Of a stretch of DNA of 64,000 nt, positions 19,330-29,151 are shown piece by piece. The notes beneath the pieces are model-generated. The model made no database searches. It saw only the letters and a list, made by a program, of their open reading frames with translations, and was not told the origin of the DNA. Source of the DNA: Bryobacterales bacterium. GTDB taxonomy: Bacteria; Acidobacteriota; Terriglobia; Bryobacterales; Bryobacteraceae. The translations under genes and the position numbers were made by a program. The stretch covers positions 17,641-81,640 of the forward strand of contig JBBRNO010000015.1 in the NCBI GenBank assembly GCA_038230275.1, given 5' to 3'. How positions within the stretch are numbered: the stretch's first letter is position 1; the number at the start of each line of letters is the position of its first letter.

Positions 19330-20247
19330 ATGGTAGATGGGGAAGACCTTCGGCGTGCCGCGGCATTGTTGCGCGCCGGCCGGCTGGTCGCATTTCCCAC
19401 GGAGACGGTTTACGGCTTGGGCGCTAGCGCTCTGGATGCCGAAGCCGTCGGCCGCATCTTCGCCGCCAAGGGCCGCCCGGACACCAGTCCGCTGATTGTC
19501 CACGTCGATTCGGTGGAGATGGCACGGGAACTGGTGACCGAATGGCCGCGCTCCGCCGATGTCCTAGCAGCCCAATTCTGGCCTGGGCCGTTGACCCTGG
19601 TTCTTCCGAAGAGAGCACACGTGCCTGATCGCGTGACAGCCGGGTTGGGCACCGTCGGCCTGCGCATCCCGGCCCATCCGCTGGCGCTGGCGTTGCTCCG
19701 TGCAGCCGGTATCCCGCTGGCGGCCCCCAGCGCGAATCGTTTCACCGAACTTTCCCCCACCACCGCCGCGCATGTTCGCGCAGCGCTGGGCGACCGCGTG
19801 GATCTGGTTCTCGATGGCGGACCCTGTGCCGTGGGAATCGAATCCACCGTCTTATCCTTAGCCGGCGGGGTTCCCCGGCTGCTGCGTCCGGGCATGATCA
19901 CCCAAGCGCAGATGGAAAGCATCATTGGCCCGATTTTTAGTCCTGCTCCGAGCGAGGGCCCCCACGCAGCTCCGGGAATGCATCCGCAGCACTATCAGCC
20001 GAAGACTCCGCTGCTGGTCGGCCCGCCGCTCACGCAAGGCCATGGCGCGTACTTGTGGTGGAGCGAAGCACACACGTCCGCCCGGTCCATCCAGATGCCG
20101 GCCGATCCCTCCGCCTATGCTGCTTTGTTGTACGAAACACTACATCGCTTAGACACCGAAGGCTTGGACTATATTGCAGTGGAACCGGTTCCGCCCGGGG
20201 TGGAATGGGCAGGCATCCGCGACCGCTTGCACCGTGCCGCCCGCTGA
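19330..20247 (+). CDS. L-threonylcarbamoyladenylate synthase (Sua5/YwlC type)
   Basis: Motifs: VAFPTETVYGLGA, KGRPDTSPLIVHV, SANRF. A C-terminal Sua5 extension is present. Confidence 0.9.
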   Translation: MVDGEDLRRAAALLRAGRLVAFPTETVYGLGASALDAEAVGRIFAAKGRPDTSPLIVHVDSVEMARELVTEWPRSADVLAAQFWPGPLTLVLPKRAHVPDRVTAGLGTVGLRIPAHPLALALLRAAGIPLAAPSANRFTELSPTTAAHVRAALGDRVDLVLDGGPCAVGIESTVLSLAGGVPRLLRPGMITQAQMESIIGPIFSPAPSEGPHAAPGMHPQHYQPKTPLLVGPPLTQGHGAYLWWSEAHTSARSIQMPADPSAYAALLYETLHRLDTEGLDYIAVEPVPPGVEWAGIRDRLHRAAR

Positions 20248-20445
20248 GGTTTGAGAGCCGGAGATCGCGTGTCAATCGGTTGATGGCAAGCACCTCGCGA
20301 AGCGCAGGTCTACAGCTCTCCTTCCGATCTAAGCAGATTTCTCCCTTCCGCCAATAGTCCCCAAACGCAACATTCCAGCGGCTATTTTGGTAGAGGTCAT
20401 CCTGCTCATCTGAGGGTATTTCCATCGTCCTATATAATCGCTGCA

Positions 20446-21672
20446 ATGCCTTCGGACACCCTGGATCGTGCACGCTGGTGGGTTCTGTCGTTGCTATTTA
20501 TCGCGACGACGATCAATTACCTGGACCGCATCGTCTTCTCCGTGCTGGTCCCGGTGATCCGCGAAGATCTTCATCTCACCACCGAGCAGTACGGTTACAT
20601 CAACGGCGCTTTCCAGATCGCCTACACGGTTGGATTTCTGGCCATGGGAAAGCTGATCGACAAGTTTGGCACCAGGATCGGCTACGCTTTCGCCATCGCC
20701 TGGTGGTCTTTGGCAGCTGGGTTCCACGCTTTTTCCGGCTCCGCTTTGTCTCTCAGTTTCTGGCGCGCCATGCTCGGGTTGGGGGAAGCCGGCAACTTTC
20801 CAGCGGCTATCAAATCCGTAGCGGAATGGTTCCCCAAGAAAGATAGAGCTTTCGCCACAGGCATCTTCAACGCAGGTTCGAATGTAGCCTCCATGGTGGG
20901 CCCGCCGCTCTTCGTTCTGGCGGCGGTGAAATTCGGTTGGCGTTCCTGCTTTGTCGTCACCGCATCTCTTGGTTTCGCCTGGCTGCTGCTGTGGTGGTTC
21001 ACTTGCCCCTCGCCTCCGCTGCGCGCCGAGGAGATCTCAGAACCAAAAATCCGTTGGGCTAAAGCGTTCACCTTCCGCGAGACCTGGGGCCTGGCACTGG
21101 CCAAATTCTTCACCGACCCCGTCTGGTGGTTCTATCTCTACTGGCTTCCGCCGTATTTGTTTGATGTCCGGCACTTCAACATGCAGGCCATCGGATGGGC
21201 GCTACCGGTTATCTATCTCACCGCGGATATCGGCAGCGTGGGTGGCGGCTGGCTTTCGGGCTATTTCATCCGCCGCGGTTGGAGCACGCCAAAGGCGCGC
21301 AAAACCACACTTGCCATATTCGCGTGCATGATGCCCATTGCTGCCTTGTCCGTACTGGCCACCAATCCCATCGTTGCCATTGCGTTGGTGTGCGTGGCAA
21401 CCGCCGCGCATCAAGGCTGGTCGGCAAATCTTTACACCACCGCGTCCGATGTGTTTCCCAACAATGCGGTGGGCTCGGTCACCGGAATTGGAGCCTGTTT
21501 CGGCGGCCTCGGCGGCGTGCTTTTCTCTGCGCTCATCCCAGGCTACGTAGTCTCGCATTTCGGATACACGCCCGTTTTCCTCACCATGGGCTGCTTCCAC
21601 CTGATCGCTCTCTTCTTCCTCAATAAATACATGGGACAAATGAAACCAATCGAAGAACCGGTGGCTGCTTAA
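20446..21672 (+). CDS. MFS transporter (hexuronate/ACS-like)
   Basis: 408 aa, about 12 TM segments, with an N-terminal YLDR motif typical of the ACS subfamily. Confidence 0.8.
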   Translation: MPSDTLDRARWWVLSLLFIATTINYLDRIVFSVLVPVIREDLHLTTEQYGYINGAFQIAYTVGFLAMGKLIDKFGTRIGYAFAIAWWSLAAGFHAFSGSALSLSFWRAMLGLGEAGNFPAAIKSVAEWFPKKDRAFATGIFNAGSNVASMVGPPLFVLAAVKFGWRSCFVVTASLGFAWLLLWWFTCPSPPLRAEEISEPKIRWAKAFTFRETWGLALAKFFTDPVWWFYLYWLPPYLFDVRHFNMQAIGWALPVIYLTADIGSVGGGWLSGYFIRRGWSTPKARKTTLAIFACMMPIAALSVLATNPIVAIALVCVATAAHQGWSANLYTTASDVFPNNAVGSVTGIGACFGGLGGVLFSALIPGYVVSHFGYTPVFLTMGCFHLIALFFLNKYMGQMKPIEEPVAA

Positions 21673-22904
21673 TGGGAACCGTCCGCTACCGCGTTCTCGG
21701 AATGGCCGTCTGCCTGGCCTTCATCACTTATCTTGATCGCGTTTGCATCTCCGTCACCGCGCCTGCCATCATGCGCGATATTGGCCTCACCAAGCTGCAA
21801 ATGAGCTTCGTGTTCAGCGCCTTCACGGTAGCCTACGGGTTGTTCGAAATCCCTTCCGGCTGGTGGGGAGATAAGGTGGGTACGCGCCGTGTACTGATGC
21901 GCATCGTTGTTTGGTGGTCCACCTTTACCATGGCGACGGCTGCTGCGTTCAGTTACGGATCGCTGCTGGTAATCCGGTTTCTATTCGGAATCGGTGAAGC
22001 CGGCGCATGGCCGAACGTAGCGAAAACATTTTCGCGATGGTTTCCCGTTTCCGAGCGTGGCACCGCGCAGGGCATCTTCTTCATGGGCGCGCATCTCGGT
22101 GGCGGCGTCACGCCGTTTATCGTGGTGGCGCTCACCTCATGGCTGGGCTGGCGCGCGGTGTTCCCTATCTTCGGCGCAGTCGGATTCGTGTGGGCCGCCG
22201 CCTGGTACTGGTGGTTCCGTGACGATCCGGCGGAGCACCCGTCCGTGCGCGAGCCCGAACTGTTGCACATTCGCGATGGCCGCATCGCGGTGGTCCGCAC
22301 CGGCCACTCCGGTATGTGGAATTCCAGCATCCTGTTCCTGTGCCTGATGTACTTCACCCAGACCTACGGCTTCTATTTCTTCATCACCTGGCTGCCCACC
22401 TATCTGGAAAAGCAGAAGGGACTTGCGTCAACACAGCTAAGCCTGATGACCGGTCTGCCCATGCTGTTGAGCGTAATTGCCGACCTGACCGGCGGCATTA
22501 CGACGGATCGTATGACCAGGCGCTTCGGTCTACGCATTGGCCGTTGCGCCGTGGGCGGAGTCTCGCTATTCGCCGCCGGCATATTCGTAATTAGTGGTGC
22601 CTATATTTCCAATCCACTGCTCTCCGGCCTGTTAATCGCCATGGCGGGCGCAAGTGCAAACTTCTTGTTAGGCGCCGCGTGGGGAGCGTGCGTGGATATC
22701 GCCGGGGACCGTGCCGGGGTAGTTAGTGCCTTCATGAATACGGGCGGGCAGGTGGGCGGAGCGCTCAGTCCGGTAGTATTTGCGCTGCTAACGGAAGGAA
22801 AAAGCGATTGGTCGGCACCGCTCTATCTGACCGGCGTTCTCTACATTTTGGGTGCGGCCTGCTGGATCGGAATCCGGCCGGATCGAGCACAGATACCTGA
22901 ATAA
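21672..22904 (+). CDS. MFS transporter (ACS-like), paralogous neighbour
   Basis: 410 aa, polytopic, with YLDRVCIS and FGIGEAGAWP motifs. Its start overlaps the upstream stop (TAATG). Confidence 0.8.
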   Translation: MGTVRYRVLGMAVCLAFITYLDRVCISVTAPAIMRDIGLTKLQMSFVFSAFTVAYGLFEIPSGWWGDKVGTRRVLMRIVVWWSTFTMATAAAFSYGSLLVIRFLFGIGEAGAWPNVAKTFSRWFPVSERGTAQGIFFMGAHLGGGVTPFIVVALTSWLGWRAVFPIFGAVGFVWAAAWYWWFRDDPAEHPSVREPELLHIRDGRIAVVRTGHSGMWNSSILFLCLMYFTQTYGFYFFITWLPTYLEKQKGLASTQLSLMTGLPMLLSVIADLTGGITTDRMTRRFGLRIGRCAVGGVSLFAAGIFVISGAYISNPLLSGLLIAMAGASANFLLGAAWGACVDIAGDRAGVVSAFMNTGGQVGGALSPVVFALLTEGKSDWSAPLYLTGVLYILGAACWIGIRPDRAQIPE

Positions 22905-22926
22905 TGATTTCGCTCTCCAGAGTGTG

Positions 22927-22932
22927 TATAAT
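22927..22932 (+). promoter_or_regulatory. Candidate -10 box (TATAAT) upstream of vapBC
   Basis: A perfect TATAAT sits 21 nt upstream of the vapB ATG. AGAGG lies between them as a possible SD. The -35 element is poor (atgatt). Confidence 0.3.
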
Positions 22933-22953
22933 AATCCATAGAGGTACACATCG

Positions 22954-23148
22954 ATGCGCACGAACATCGTGATTGACGATAAATTGATGAAGGACGTTCT
23001 AAGCACCACCGGCTTGAAAACCAAGCGCGAGGCAGTAGAGGAGGGTTTGCGGACGGTGCTGCGCCTAGGTAGACAGACGCAGATTCGCAAGCTTCGCGGC
23101 AAAGTGAACTGGCAGGGCGATCTTGACGCCATGAGGCGCGATCATTGA
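22954..23148 (+). CDS. vapB: VapB-type antitoxin
   Basis: 64 aa. MRTNIVIDDKLMKDVL..TGLKTKREAVEEGLR is the typical RHH/DUF2191-style partner of PIN toxins. It overlaps vapC by 4 nt. Confidence 0.85.
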   Translation: MRTNIVIDDKLMKDVLSTTGLKTKREAVEEGLRTVLRLGRQTQIRKLRGKVNWQGDLDAMRRDH

Positions 23149-23537
23149 TTCTGGTCGATTCCAGCACATGGATTGACTACTTCAGGGGCACGATCACGCC
23201 TCAGACGGAGATGTTAGACCGGCTGCTTGGCCAGGAACTGTTGGCCGTCGGGGACTTGATTCTCACGGAAGTCCTGCAAGGTTTTAGCAATGAAGGCGAC
23301 TTCAACGAAGTCAGAAAAATGCTGACTTCGTTGACAGTGGTAGATCTGGGTGGACAGAAAATCGCGATTCAAGCGGCAAAGAACTTCCGGGTGTTGCGCA
23401 ATCTCGGTGTAACCGTTCGCAAAACCATCGATACCGTGATTGCTACCAACTGCATCGAGAACGGGTATTCCCTGCTGCACAATGACCGGGACTTTCATCC
23501 ATTTGTCATGCACCTTGGCCTGCGTGTCGTGGTGTGA
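23145..23537 (+). CDS. vapC: VapC PIN-domain toxin
   Basis: 130 aa. The PIN acidic residues are in the context ILVDSS, LTEVLQG and HNDRDF. TTG start. Confidence 0.85.
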   Translation: MILVDSSTWIDYFRGTITPQTEMLDRLLGQELLAVGDLILTEVLQGFSNEGDFNEVRKMLTSLTVVDLGGQKIAIQAAKNFRVLRNLGVTVRKTIDTVIATNCIENGYSLLHNDRDFHPFVMHLGLRVVV

Positions 23538-23564
23538 CAGCCGTAACTTGTACGCTGAATTTTC

Positions 23565-23635
23565 GTGCACTACTCCCTCACGGTCGCGGCTCATACGGCG
23601 TTTCCGAGGCGCGACCGTGAGGGGGTGCTGTGCAC
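23565..23635. repeat. REP-like imperfect palindrome (perfect 14-bp core arms)
   Basis: ccctcacggtcgcg (23575-23588) pairs perfectly with cgcgaccgtgaggg (23610-23623). The arms extend imperfectly out to a gtgcac at each end. Confidence 0.7.
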
Positions 23636-23654
23636 GAACTCTTGCAAGCAGGTA

Positions 23655-24011
23655 CTAGTTCGTAATATCGTGAGTGGTGCTTTCTTCCCGCACCGGCTGA
23701 TAGACCTCATAGAAGGCCTTTTGCGCCGGGCTGTCAGCGTAATCCTTAAGCGACTTTTCGCTTTCAAACTCCATCACGACAGCACTCGTGTAGCCCTTCC
23801 CCTGCACCTTGATGGACCGGATCCACACGCGCTTGATACCGGGATAAAGCTTGGCGGCAGCTTCCACGCCTCCAATCGCTTTCGCCTTCTGCGCGTCGGT
23901 GGTTCCATCTTTCCACTTAATGGTGATGCAATGGATGACGGTCTTCGGCATCTCGGCCGCGAATACCATGCTGGCTGTCAGTAGCGCCATGGCTGCAATC
24001 AACTTCTTCAT
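23655..24011 (-). CDS. Dabb (stress-responsive alpha/beta barrel) protein with a signal peptide
   Basis: 118 aa. Signal peptide MKKLIAAMALLTASMVFA, followed by the pattern VIHCITIKWKDG...VMEFESEKSLKDYADSPAQKAF. Confidence 0.65.
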   Translation of the reverse strand: MKKLIAAMALLTASMVFAAEMPKTVIHCITIKWKDGTTDAQKAKAIGGVEAAAKLYPGIKRVWIRSIKVQGKGYTSAVVMEFESEKSLKDYADSPAQKAFYEVYQPVREESTTHDITN

Positions 24012-24015
24012 TGTC

Positions 24016-24411
24016 TTAAGCTCCTTTTTGAAATAACTGGGATTCCCGATTCCGGATACCCGACCATTCCTCGCAAATTACAATCGAGTTGAACGGGTTT
24101 CTTGACATGAACTTCAGCCCTACCGGTCCGATCAGAGTCTCCGGATCGACGTTGATCCGGTCTTTCAGGGTAGAGATGTCTTGCGAAGCCGCATATTCCA
24201 CTCCCCTTATGGAATACGAATAGTAGACAATTCCGTCACTAGCTTCATGTATCGTCGCATCGCCCATCCGGCCGTGCCTGTGTATGGCCAACCGCCGAAG
24301 CCGTTCCCGCTCCGCAGGACTCTTCCGCCGGCGCCATACAATCACGATGGCCGCCGCAATCGTGACGGCCGTCACACCAGCTACAAAAGTAAGTTCCTCC
24401 GGCGCCCGCAT
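24016..24411 (-). CDS. DUF3592-like membrane protein
   Basis: One N-terminal TM helix, then the pattern G.ATIHEASDGIVYYSYSIRGVEY. Confidence 0.55.
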   Translation of the reverse strand: MRAPEELTFVAGVTAVTIAAAIVIVWRRRKSPAERERLRRLAIHRHGRMGDATIHEASDGIVYYSYSIRGVEYAASQDISTLKDRINVDPETLIGPVGLKFMSRNPFNSIVICEEWSGIRNRESQLFQKGA

Positions 24412-25074
24412 CTAACGGGCTGCGGGCGTTTCGCTGAAAACTTTGCCCCAATCCTTTAAGAACTGCTCCAGACCTTTATCGGTCAGCGGATGGCTGAACA
24501 GCGCATCCAAAGTCTTGAACGGCATGGTGCCGATATCCGCACCGGCTTTCGCCGTTTCAATCACGTGATTCGTAGTTCGCAGCGACGCGGCCAGAATCTC
24601 AGTCTTGTAGCCGTAGTTCTGGTAGACCTGCACAATATCGTGAATCAACTGCATGCCATCGATGCCGATGTCGTCCAACCGGCCAACGAACGGGCTGATG
24701 ATGTAAGCCCCGGCCTTCGCCGCAAGCAGTGCCTGCGCCGCGGTGAAACACAGTGTCACATTCAGGCGGATGCCTTCTTTGCTCAAAGTGGAGCAGGCGC
24801 GAATGCCATCGCGCGTAAGCGGAACCTTCACCACTACATTTTTGTGGATCTTCGCCAGCAGCCGGCCTTCGCGAATCATGTCTTCGGCGGCGGTACCCAC
24901 CACTTCGGCGCTCACGTCGCCGTCCACAATCTCACAAATCTTTGCGATCTGTTCTTCAATCGGCCGGCCTTCGCGCGCGATCAGCGTAGGGTTGGTGGTA
25001 ACGCCGTCGACGATGCCCCAGGCAGCGCCTTTCTTCAACTCGTCTAGGTTTGCTGTATCGAGAAATATTTTCAT
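24412..25074 (-). CDS. tal: Transaldolase / fructose-6-phosphate aldolase (short type 3B)
   Basis: [32 protein letters not shown] ... VVKVP ... ISPFVGR. Confidence 0.92.
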   Translation of the reverse strand: MKIFLDTANLDELKKGAAWGIVDGVTTNPTLIAREGRPIEEQIAKICEIVDGDVSAEVVGTAAEDMIREGRLLAKIHKNVVVKVPLTRDGIRACSTLSKEGIRLNVTLCFTAAQALLAAKAGAYIISPFVGRLDDIGIDGMQLIHDIVQVYQNYGYKTEILAASLRTTNHVIETAKAGADIGTMPFKTLDALFSHPLTDKGLEQFLKDWGKVFSETPAAR

Positions 25075-25080
25075 GAATGA

Positions 25081-25701
25081 CTACCCTCGGATGACTGGAT
25101 TCCGCAAAATGCCGATGCCTTCGATCTCGACCTGAACCGTATCGCCGGGCTGCATGGGACCGACGCCGGAGGGCGTTCCGGTAGCAATCAGGTCGCCTGG
25201 CTCCAAGGTCATAAATTGTGTAACGTACTCAATGATAACATCCACCGGAAAGATCAAATCCGTGATAGGAGCGTCCTGTTTCACCACGCCATTCAGCAGC
25301 GTGCGCACCCGGATCTGCGCAAAATCCACCTCATCCCGCGGCGCCACTCGCGGGCCAACGGGACAAAACGTATCGCAACCTTTTCCGCGCGTCCATTGCC
25401 CATCGCGCCGTTGCAGATCCCGCGCCGTAACATCGTTCACGCACGTGTAGCCGAAAATGTAACCGAATGCATCGGCGGCCTTCACATGTTTCGCCCGCTT
25501 GCCAATGACGACGCCCAACTCGCCTTCGAAGTGGAGATTCTCAGTGATGGCCGGATAGACAATCGGCTCGCCGTTCGCAATCAGCGACGAGGGCGGCTTC
25601 AGAAAGATCAGCGGCTCTTTCGGAACTTCGTTTCCCAGTTCCTTGGCATGTTCGACGTAGTTGCGCCCAACGCAGACGATTTTGGATGGTTTGATGTTCA
25701 T
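25081..25701 (-). CDS. Fumarylacetoacetate hydrolase family protein
   Basis: KIVCVGRNYVEHAKE ... FLKP ... EGELGVVIGK ... NDVTARDLQ ... KG.DTF.P.GP. Confidence 0.88.
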   Translation of the reverse strand: MNIKPSKIVCVGRNYVEHAKELGNEVPKEPLIFLKPPSSLIANGEPIVYPAITENLHFEGELGVVIGKRAKHVKAADAFGYIFGYTCVNDVTARDLQRRDGQWTRGKGCDTFCPVGPRVAPRDEVDFAQIRVRTLLNGVVKQDAPITDLIFPVDVIIEYVTQFMTLEPGDLIATGTPSGVGPMQPGDTVQVEIEGIGILRNPVIRG

Positions 25702-25703
25702 GT

Positions 25704-25755
25704 AAAAAGGCTCAGCCGTTAGTGTACTGCCGATCCCCTCTGACGGCTAAGAGCC
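25704..25755 (-). terminator. Rho-independent terminator downstream of the DinB-family gene
   Basis: On the minus strand, ggctcttagccgt ... acggctgagcc is followed by ttttt. The arms lie at 25743-25755 and 25709-25719, and the T-run is the complement of 25704-25708. Confidence 0.6.
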
Positions 25756-26303
25756 TATCGGCTCGCCGGCGGAATCACGCCATTCATGCGCGCGTATTCC
25801 ACCATTTGACCGTAGTGGTCGAAGCTGTGCCACAGCAAGATACTAACCGAATCAACCCGAGTTCGTTTTTTCGTTGGTGCGAACGGATCGGCGGTCTCCT
25901 GAAGCAGGTTGTCATTGGTCAGCGTGGCAACCGCCTTGTGGGCATACGCAAAGGCGTCCTTGACATACTTGACCACCTCGTCCTTGCTCTTCACGTCGTC
26001 AGGGCCATTCTCATCTTTCCCGCCCGCCGACGGATTTTTCTCGCCCAGCAGAGCCGCGGAAACTTCATACAGCACGAAAGCCGCATGCTTGGATTGCAAA
26101 GCAAATGTGCGGACCCCCTTAAACGCGCCATTCGTGGGAGCGAAGCCGAATTTATCCGCGGGCATCGCCTCAACCAGCGGAACGAACTCGTGCTCCATAT
26201 TGCGGAGTTGAGTATCGAATACCCTGCGGGCGGAAGGCGCCTCCGCGGCGGAAAGAGCCGCGGCGAACAGAACGGAACAGAAGAGAGGTCGGAGGAGGGT
26301 CAT
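25755..26303 (-). CDS. DinB-family protein (secreted)
   Basis: Signal peptide, then DinB-like helices. It ends LLWHSFDHYGQMVEYARMNG. Confidence 0.7.
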   Translation of the reverse strand: MTLLRPLFCSVLFAAALSAAEAPSARRVFDTQLRNMEHEFVPLVEAMPADKFGFAPTNGAFKGVRTFALQSKHAAFVLYEVSAALLGEKNPSAGGKDENGPDDVKSKDEVVKYVKDAFAYAHKAVATLTNDNLLQETADPFAPTKKRTRVDSVSILLWHSFDHYGQMVEYARMNGVIPPASR

Positions 26304-26369
26304 AGCTGCTATTTTATGACGAGGTCCTGATCGATCCAGCGCGCGGATTACGCACTAATAGCCGAAACC

Positions 26370-26849
26370 ATGAAAACCACACCCTGTCTACTCCTCGTCT
26401 TCCTTACCGCGTCTTTCGCGCAAACCGTGCCAGACGGAAAACTCACCGTCGCCGGACAGACCACGAAACTGACCCAAGCCTACGCCTATTCGACGAAAGG
26501 CTTCTTCGACGAAAAGAAAGATGACACGGTGGTTCTTCTCACCGACCGCGCAATCACCGACGCGCAACTCCGTGACGGCTTCGCCCTGCGCCATCTAGCC
26601 GAAGAAGGCAAACTCACTTTTATTCAGGAGACCATCAACGCCGCCGGCCAGATCGTCAACTTTACCGTCGGCAACAAGGCATTCAAAATGTCTCCGTCGG
26701 GCGGCTCTACTGAGCATCGTTTTGAGGGCAAGCTTGACAACAAGTCAATCGCCGGAAAGGTGTTCACCAGAGGCTTGCAGGAATCCTTTGGCGGCACGAA
26801 ATACGAATACAGCGCCACCTTCCAAGCCCCAGTGCAATCGAAGAAGTAG
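26370..26849 (+). CDS. Hypothetical secreted protein
   Basis: 159 aa with a clear signal peptide (MKTTPCLLLVFLTASFA). No motif recognised. Confidence 0.6.
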   Translation: MKTTPCLLLVFLTASFAQTVPDGKLTVAGQTTKLTQAYAYSTKGFFDEKKDDTVVLLTDRAITDAQLRDGFALRHLAEEGKLTFIQETINAAGQIVNFTVGNKAFKMSPSGGSTEHRFEGKLDNKSIAGKVFTRGLQESFGGTKYEYSATFQAPVQSKK

Positions 26850-26851
26850 CC

Positions 26852-27649
26852 TTACCGGTGCGGTTGCAGGATGATCTGCGATTCGGCTCCGAACTTCTTG
26901 CAGTCCGAGTAGATTTGCTCCGTCTCTGTGAATCTTCCGTTTTCATTGGGCGCGCTTCGAAGCAGAATGCGGGAAACCAAACGAGGCCCAAAACTGAAAT
27001 CAAACTCCAGAATCACTGTGCTGCCCGGTCTTAGACTTGCCCAGGGCTTGCGCACCGTAAGCTCTTCCCTCAGGGTAAGCTTGGTGTCCTGGTCCACCCA
27101 GGCCAGTAGATCACTGCTGAGACCGCCGTCTGACGTGGTCACCGGCTCAGGTGCATCCACCTGCAATGTTCCCAACACCAGCCACACTCTTCTTCCCCGC
27201 AGTTCTTCCGCGCGCAGGATCTTGAATGCGTGTGCGGGCAAAGCAGATTTCAAACCAAAACCGATTCGCCGGTCGTTTGCAGTTTGATCTTTCCGCGGCG
27301 TGTTTTTGCGATACTGCAACTCCGCATCCATCCTCTCGTCTTCTTCACTGGCCTGCTTTGCCGGCAACGGTCTTCCAGCAATCGCAATCTTGCGGTAGTA
27401 AGGCCGGCCTTCCAGGATCGACGCTTCGTAGGTCTCCCATCCCGTCAGCTTTCTCTTGCGTCCTGCAATAGCAAAGTGCCGGATATCTTCCCTGCCAAGC
27501 CAGCTCGCTGCAGCCAGTTGATTGACATCCTCGGCTCGCACGCTTTCCTGCATCAGGCTTGTTGCGTCCGGCGCGCCAGACTCTCCGGGCAAACGGGCGC
27601 AAGCAATCAGGCAAACCGATAGCAGTCTCTTCATAGCCCTAAGGCGCAA
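26852..27649 (-). CDS. Hypothetical secreted protein
   Basis: 265 aa with a signal-like N-terminus. No motif recognised. Confidence 0.55.
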   Translation of the reverse strand: MRLRAMKRLLSVCLIACARLPGESGAPDATSLMQESVRAEDVNQLAAASWLGREDIRHFAIAGRKRKLTGWETYEASILEGRPYYRKIAIAGRPLPAKQASEEDERMDAELQYRKNTPRKDQTANDRRIGFGLKSALPAHAFKILRAEELRGRRVWLVLGTLQVDAPEPVTTSDGGLSSDLLAWVDQDTKLTLREELTVRKPWASLRPGSTVILEFDFSFGPRLVSRILLRSAPNENGRFTETEQIYSDCKKFGAESQIILQPHR

Positions 27650-27672
27650 AAAGATATTCTATCGGGAAGCGG

Positions 27673-29139
27673 TTACTTCTTCGCGGCCACTTCCAGCAAA
27701 GTCTTGTAGATTAGTTCCGTGCCGCTGCGGAGCGATTCAATGCTGACGCGCTCGTCGTTGCCATGCATCCGCGTCAAATCCTCGGCACTGATCGGATAAG
27801 GATAGATGCCATACACCGGAATGCCGCGCATCCGCCACGCGAAGGAATCAGTGCCGGCCTGAAACAGATACGGTGTCACCGCCGCTTCCGGATAAACCGC
27901 CTTCGATTGTGAAACCAACGCGCGATATAGCTCGTTTTCTTGGGGCGAGGCGGTCATCGTACTCATGCGCTTCATCAAATCGGTCATTCGTGAAGAGGCG
28001 CCAACCGCCGCAACGGTCACCTCCACACGGTCGTCCTGGATCACGCGCTTCAGCTCACCGATCAAGTCCTCCACGTTCGTTCCGGGAATGGTGCGGAAAT
28101 TGATGGTCGCCTGCGCGGAGCCGGGAATCACATTGCCGCGGAAGCCCGCGTTCATCAAGACCGGAGCAATGGTGTTCCGCATGATGGCGTGCAGCAGCGG
28201 ATCTTTGCCGATCTCAACGTCGGCTGCTTTCACCAATGCCGGATCCGTGCCTTCCGCCAGGTTTCGGAAGTGATCCGACATCGGCGGCTTGCTGGTCTTC
28301 GCCAGCGTCAGGAAAAACTCGCGAGTGCTGGGCGTCAACACTGGCTTCGTGTCATAGTCTGCGATCTTCGCCATTGCCTTGCTCAATGTGAAGATCGCGT
28401 TGTCCGGTCGCGGCATAGAAGAATGAGTGGACGTTCCGCGCGCCGTCAACAACAGGGAAACTCCGGATTTATCGGCGGTGGAAATGCTGACGTAGCGCAC
28501 CGTGCCATCCGGATTCTTCATAATCCAGCCCCCTTCGTTCAGCGAAAACTCACAGTCCAGCTTGTCCCAGTGGGATTCGGCCAGCCAGCTGGTGTTGTAT
28601 TTCCCGCCTTCCTCATCTGCCTCGCTCAGGAAAATGATGTCGCGCGAAAGCGGAATCTTTTTCTTGGCAATCATCATCACCGCTTGCGCAAAAACCGCCA
28701 GCCCGCCCTTGAAGTCAATCGCGCCGCGGCCCATGACATAGCCGTCTTTTATCACGCCCGCAAATGGATCCACGCTCCACTTTTCGCGCTCCACTCCCAC
28801 CACATCGGCATGAGCGGCTATCAGAATCGGTTTCTTGCTGCCATCGCCTCGCAGCCGTGCAATAAAATGCGCCTTGCCGTTCTCCGGCGTCGGGATGATG
28901 TCGATTTCAAATCCAAGCGGCCGGAACTTCTCTGCCAGAAACGCCGCCAGCTTTCCTTCCTCGCCCGGAGGGTTGCTGGTGTTGATGCGGATTACTTCCG
29001 CAAGCAGCAAGGCGGTATCGTTCGTCTCTGCGCCCGCGGCAACAACGGAGGTCAAGAACGAAGCTGCAACGCACATCAGCGGTAGAACAAATTTCACAGA
29101 ACTTCTCCGGAAAAAGTTGGAATTGCACGGACGCTGCAA
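27673..29139 (-). CDS. M20/M25/M40 family metallopeptidase (secreted)
   Basis: LIAAHADVV, GRGAIDFKGG, SEADEEGG: the M20 metal-ligand layout. The true start may lie a little downstream, at the signal peptide VKFVLPLMCVAAS. Confidence 0.88.
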   Translation of the reverse strand: MQRPCNSNFFRRSSVKFVLPLMCVAASFLTSVVAAGAETNDTALLLAEVIRINTSNPPGEEGKLAAFLAEKFRPLGFEIDIIPTPENGKAHFIARLRGDGSKKPILIAAHADVVGVEREKWSVDPFAGVIKDGYVMGRGAIDFKGGLAVFAQAVMMIAKKKIPLSRDIIFLSEADEEGGKYNTSWLAESHWDKLDCEFSLNEGGWIMKNPDGTVRYVSISTADKSGVSLLLTARGTSTHSSMPRPDNAIFTLSKAMAKIADYDTKPVLTPSTREFFLTLAKTSKPPMSDHFRNLAEGTDPALVKAADVEIGKDPLLHAIMRNTIAPVLMNAGFRGNVIPGSAQATINFRTIPGTNVEDLIGELKRVIQDDRVEVTVAAVGASSRMTDLMKRMSTMTASPQENELYRALVSQSKAVYPEAAVTPYLFQAGTDSFAWRMRGIPVYGIYPYPISAEDLTRMHGNDERVSIESLRSGTELIYKTLLEVAAKK

Positions 29140-29151
29140 CGGGGAGTAGGA

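Noticed and set aside
18268-19503. 411-aa ORF on the minus strand
   Set aside because: It is entirely antisense to prfB and the start of the Sua5 gene. The sequence is low-complexity and Arg/Gly/Ala-rich, typical of high-GC shadow ORFs. The sense-strand genes have unmistakable motifs.
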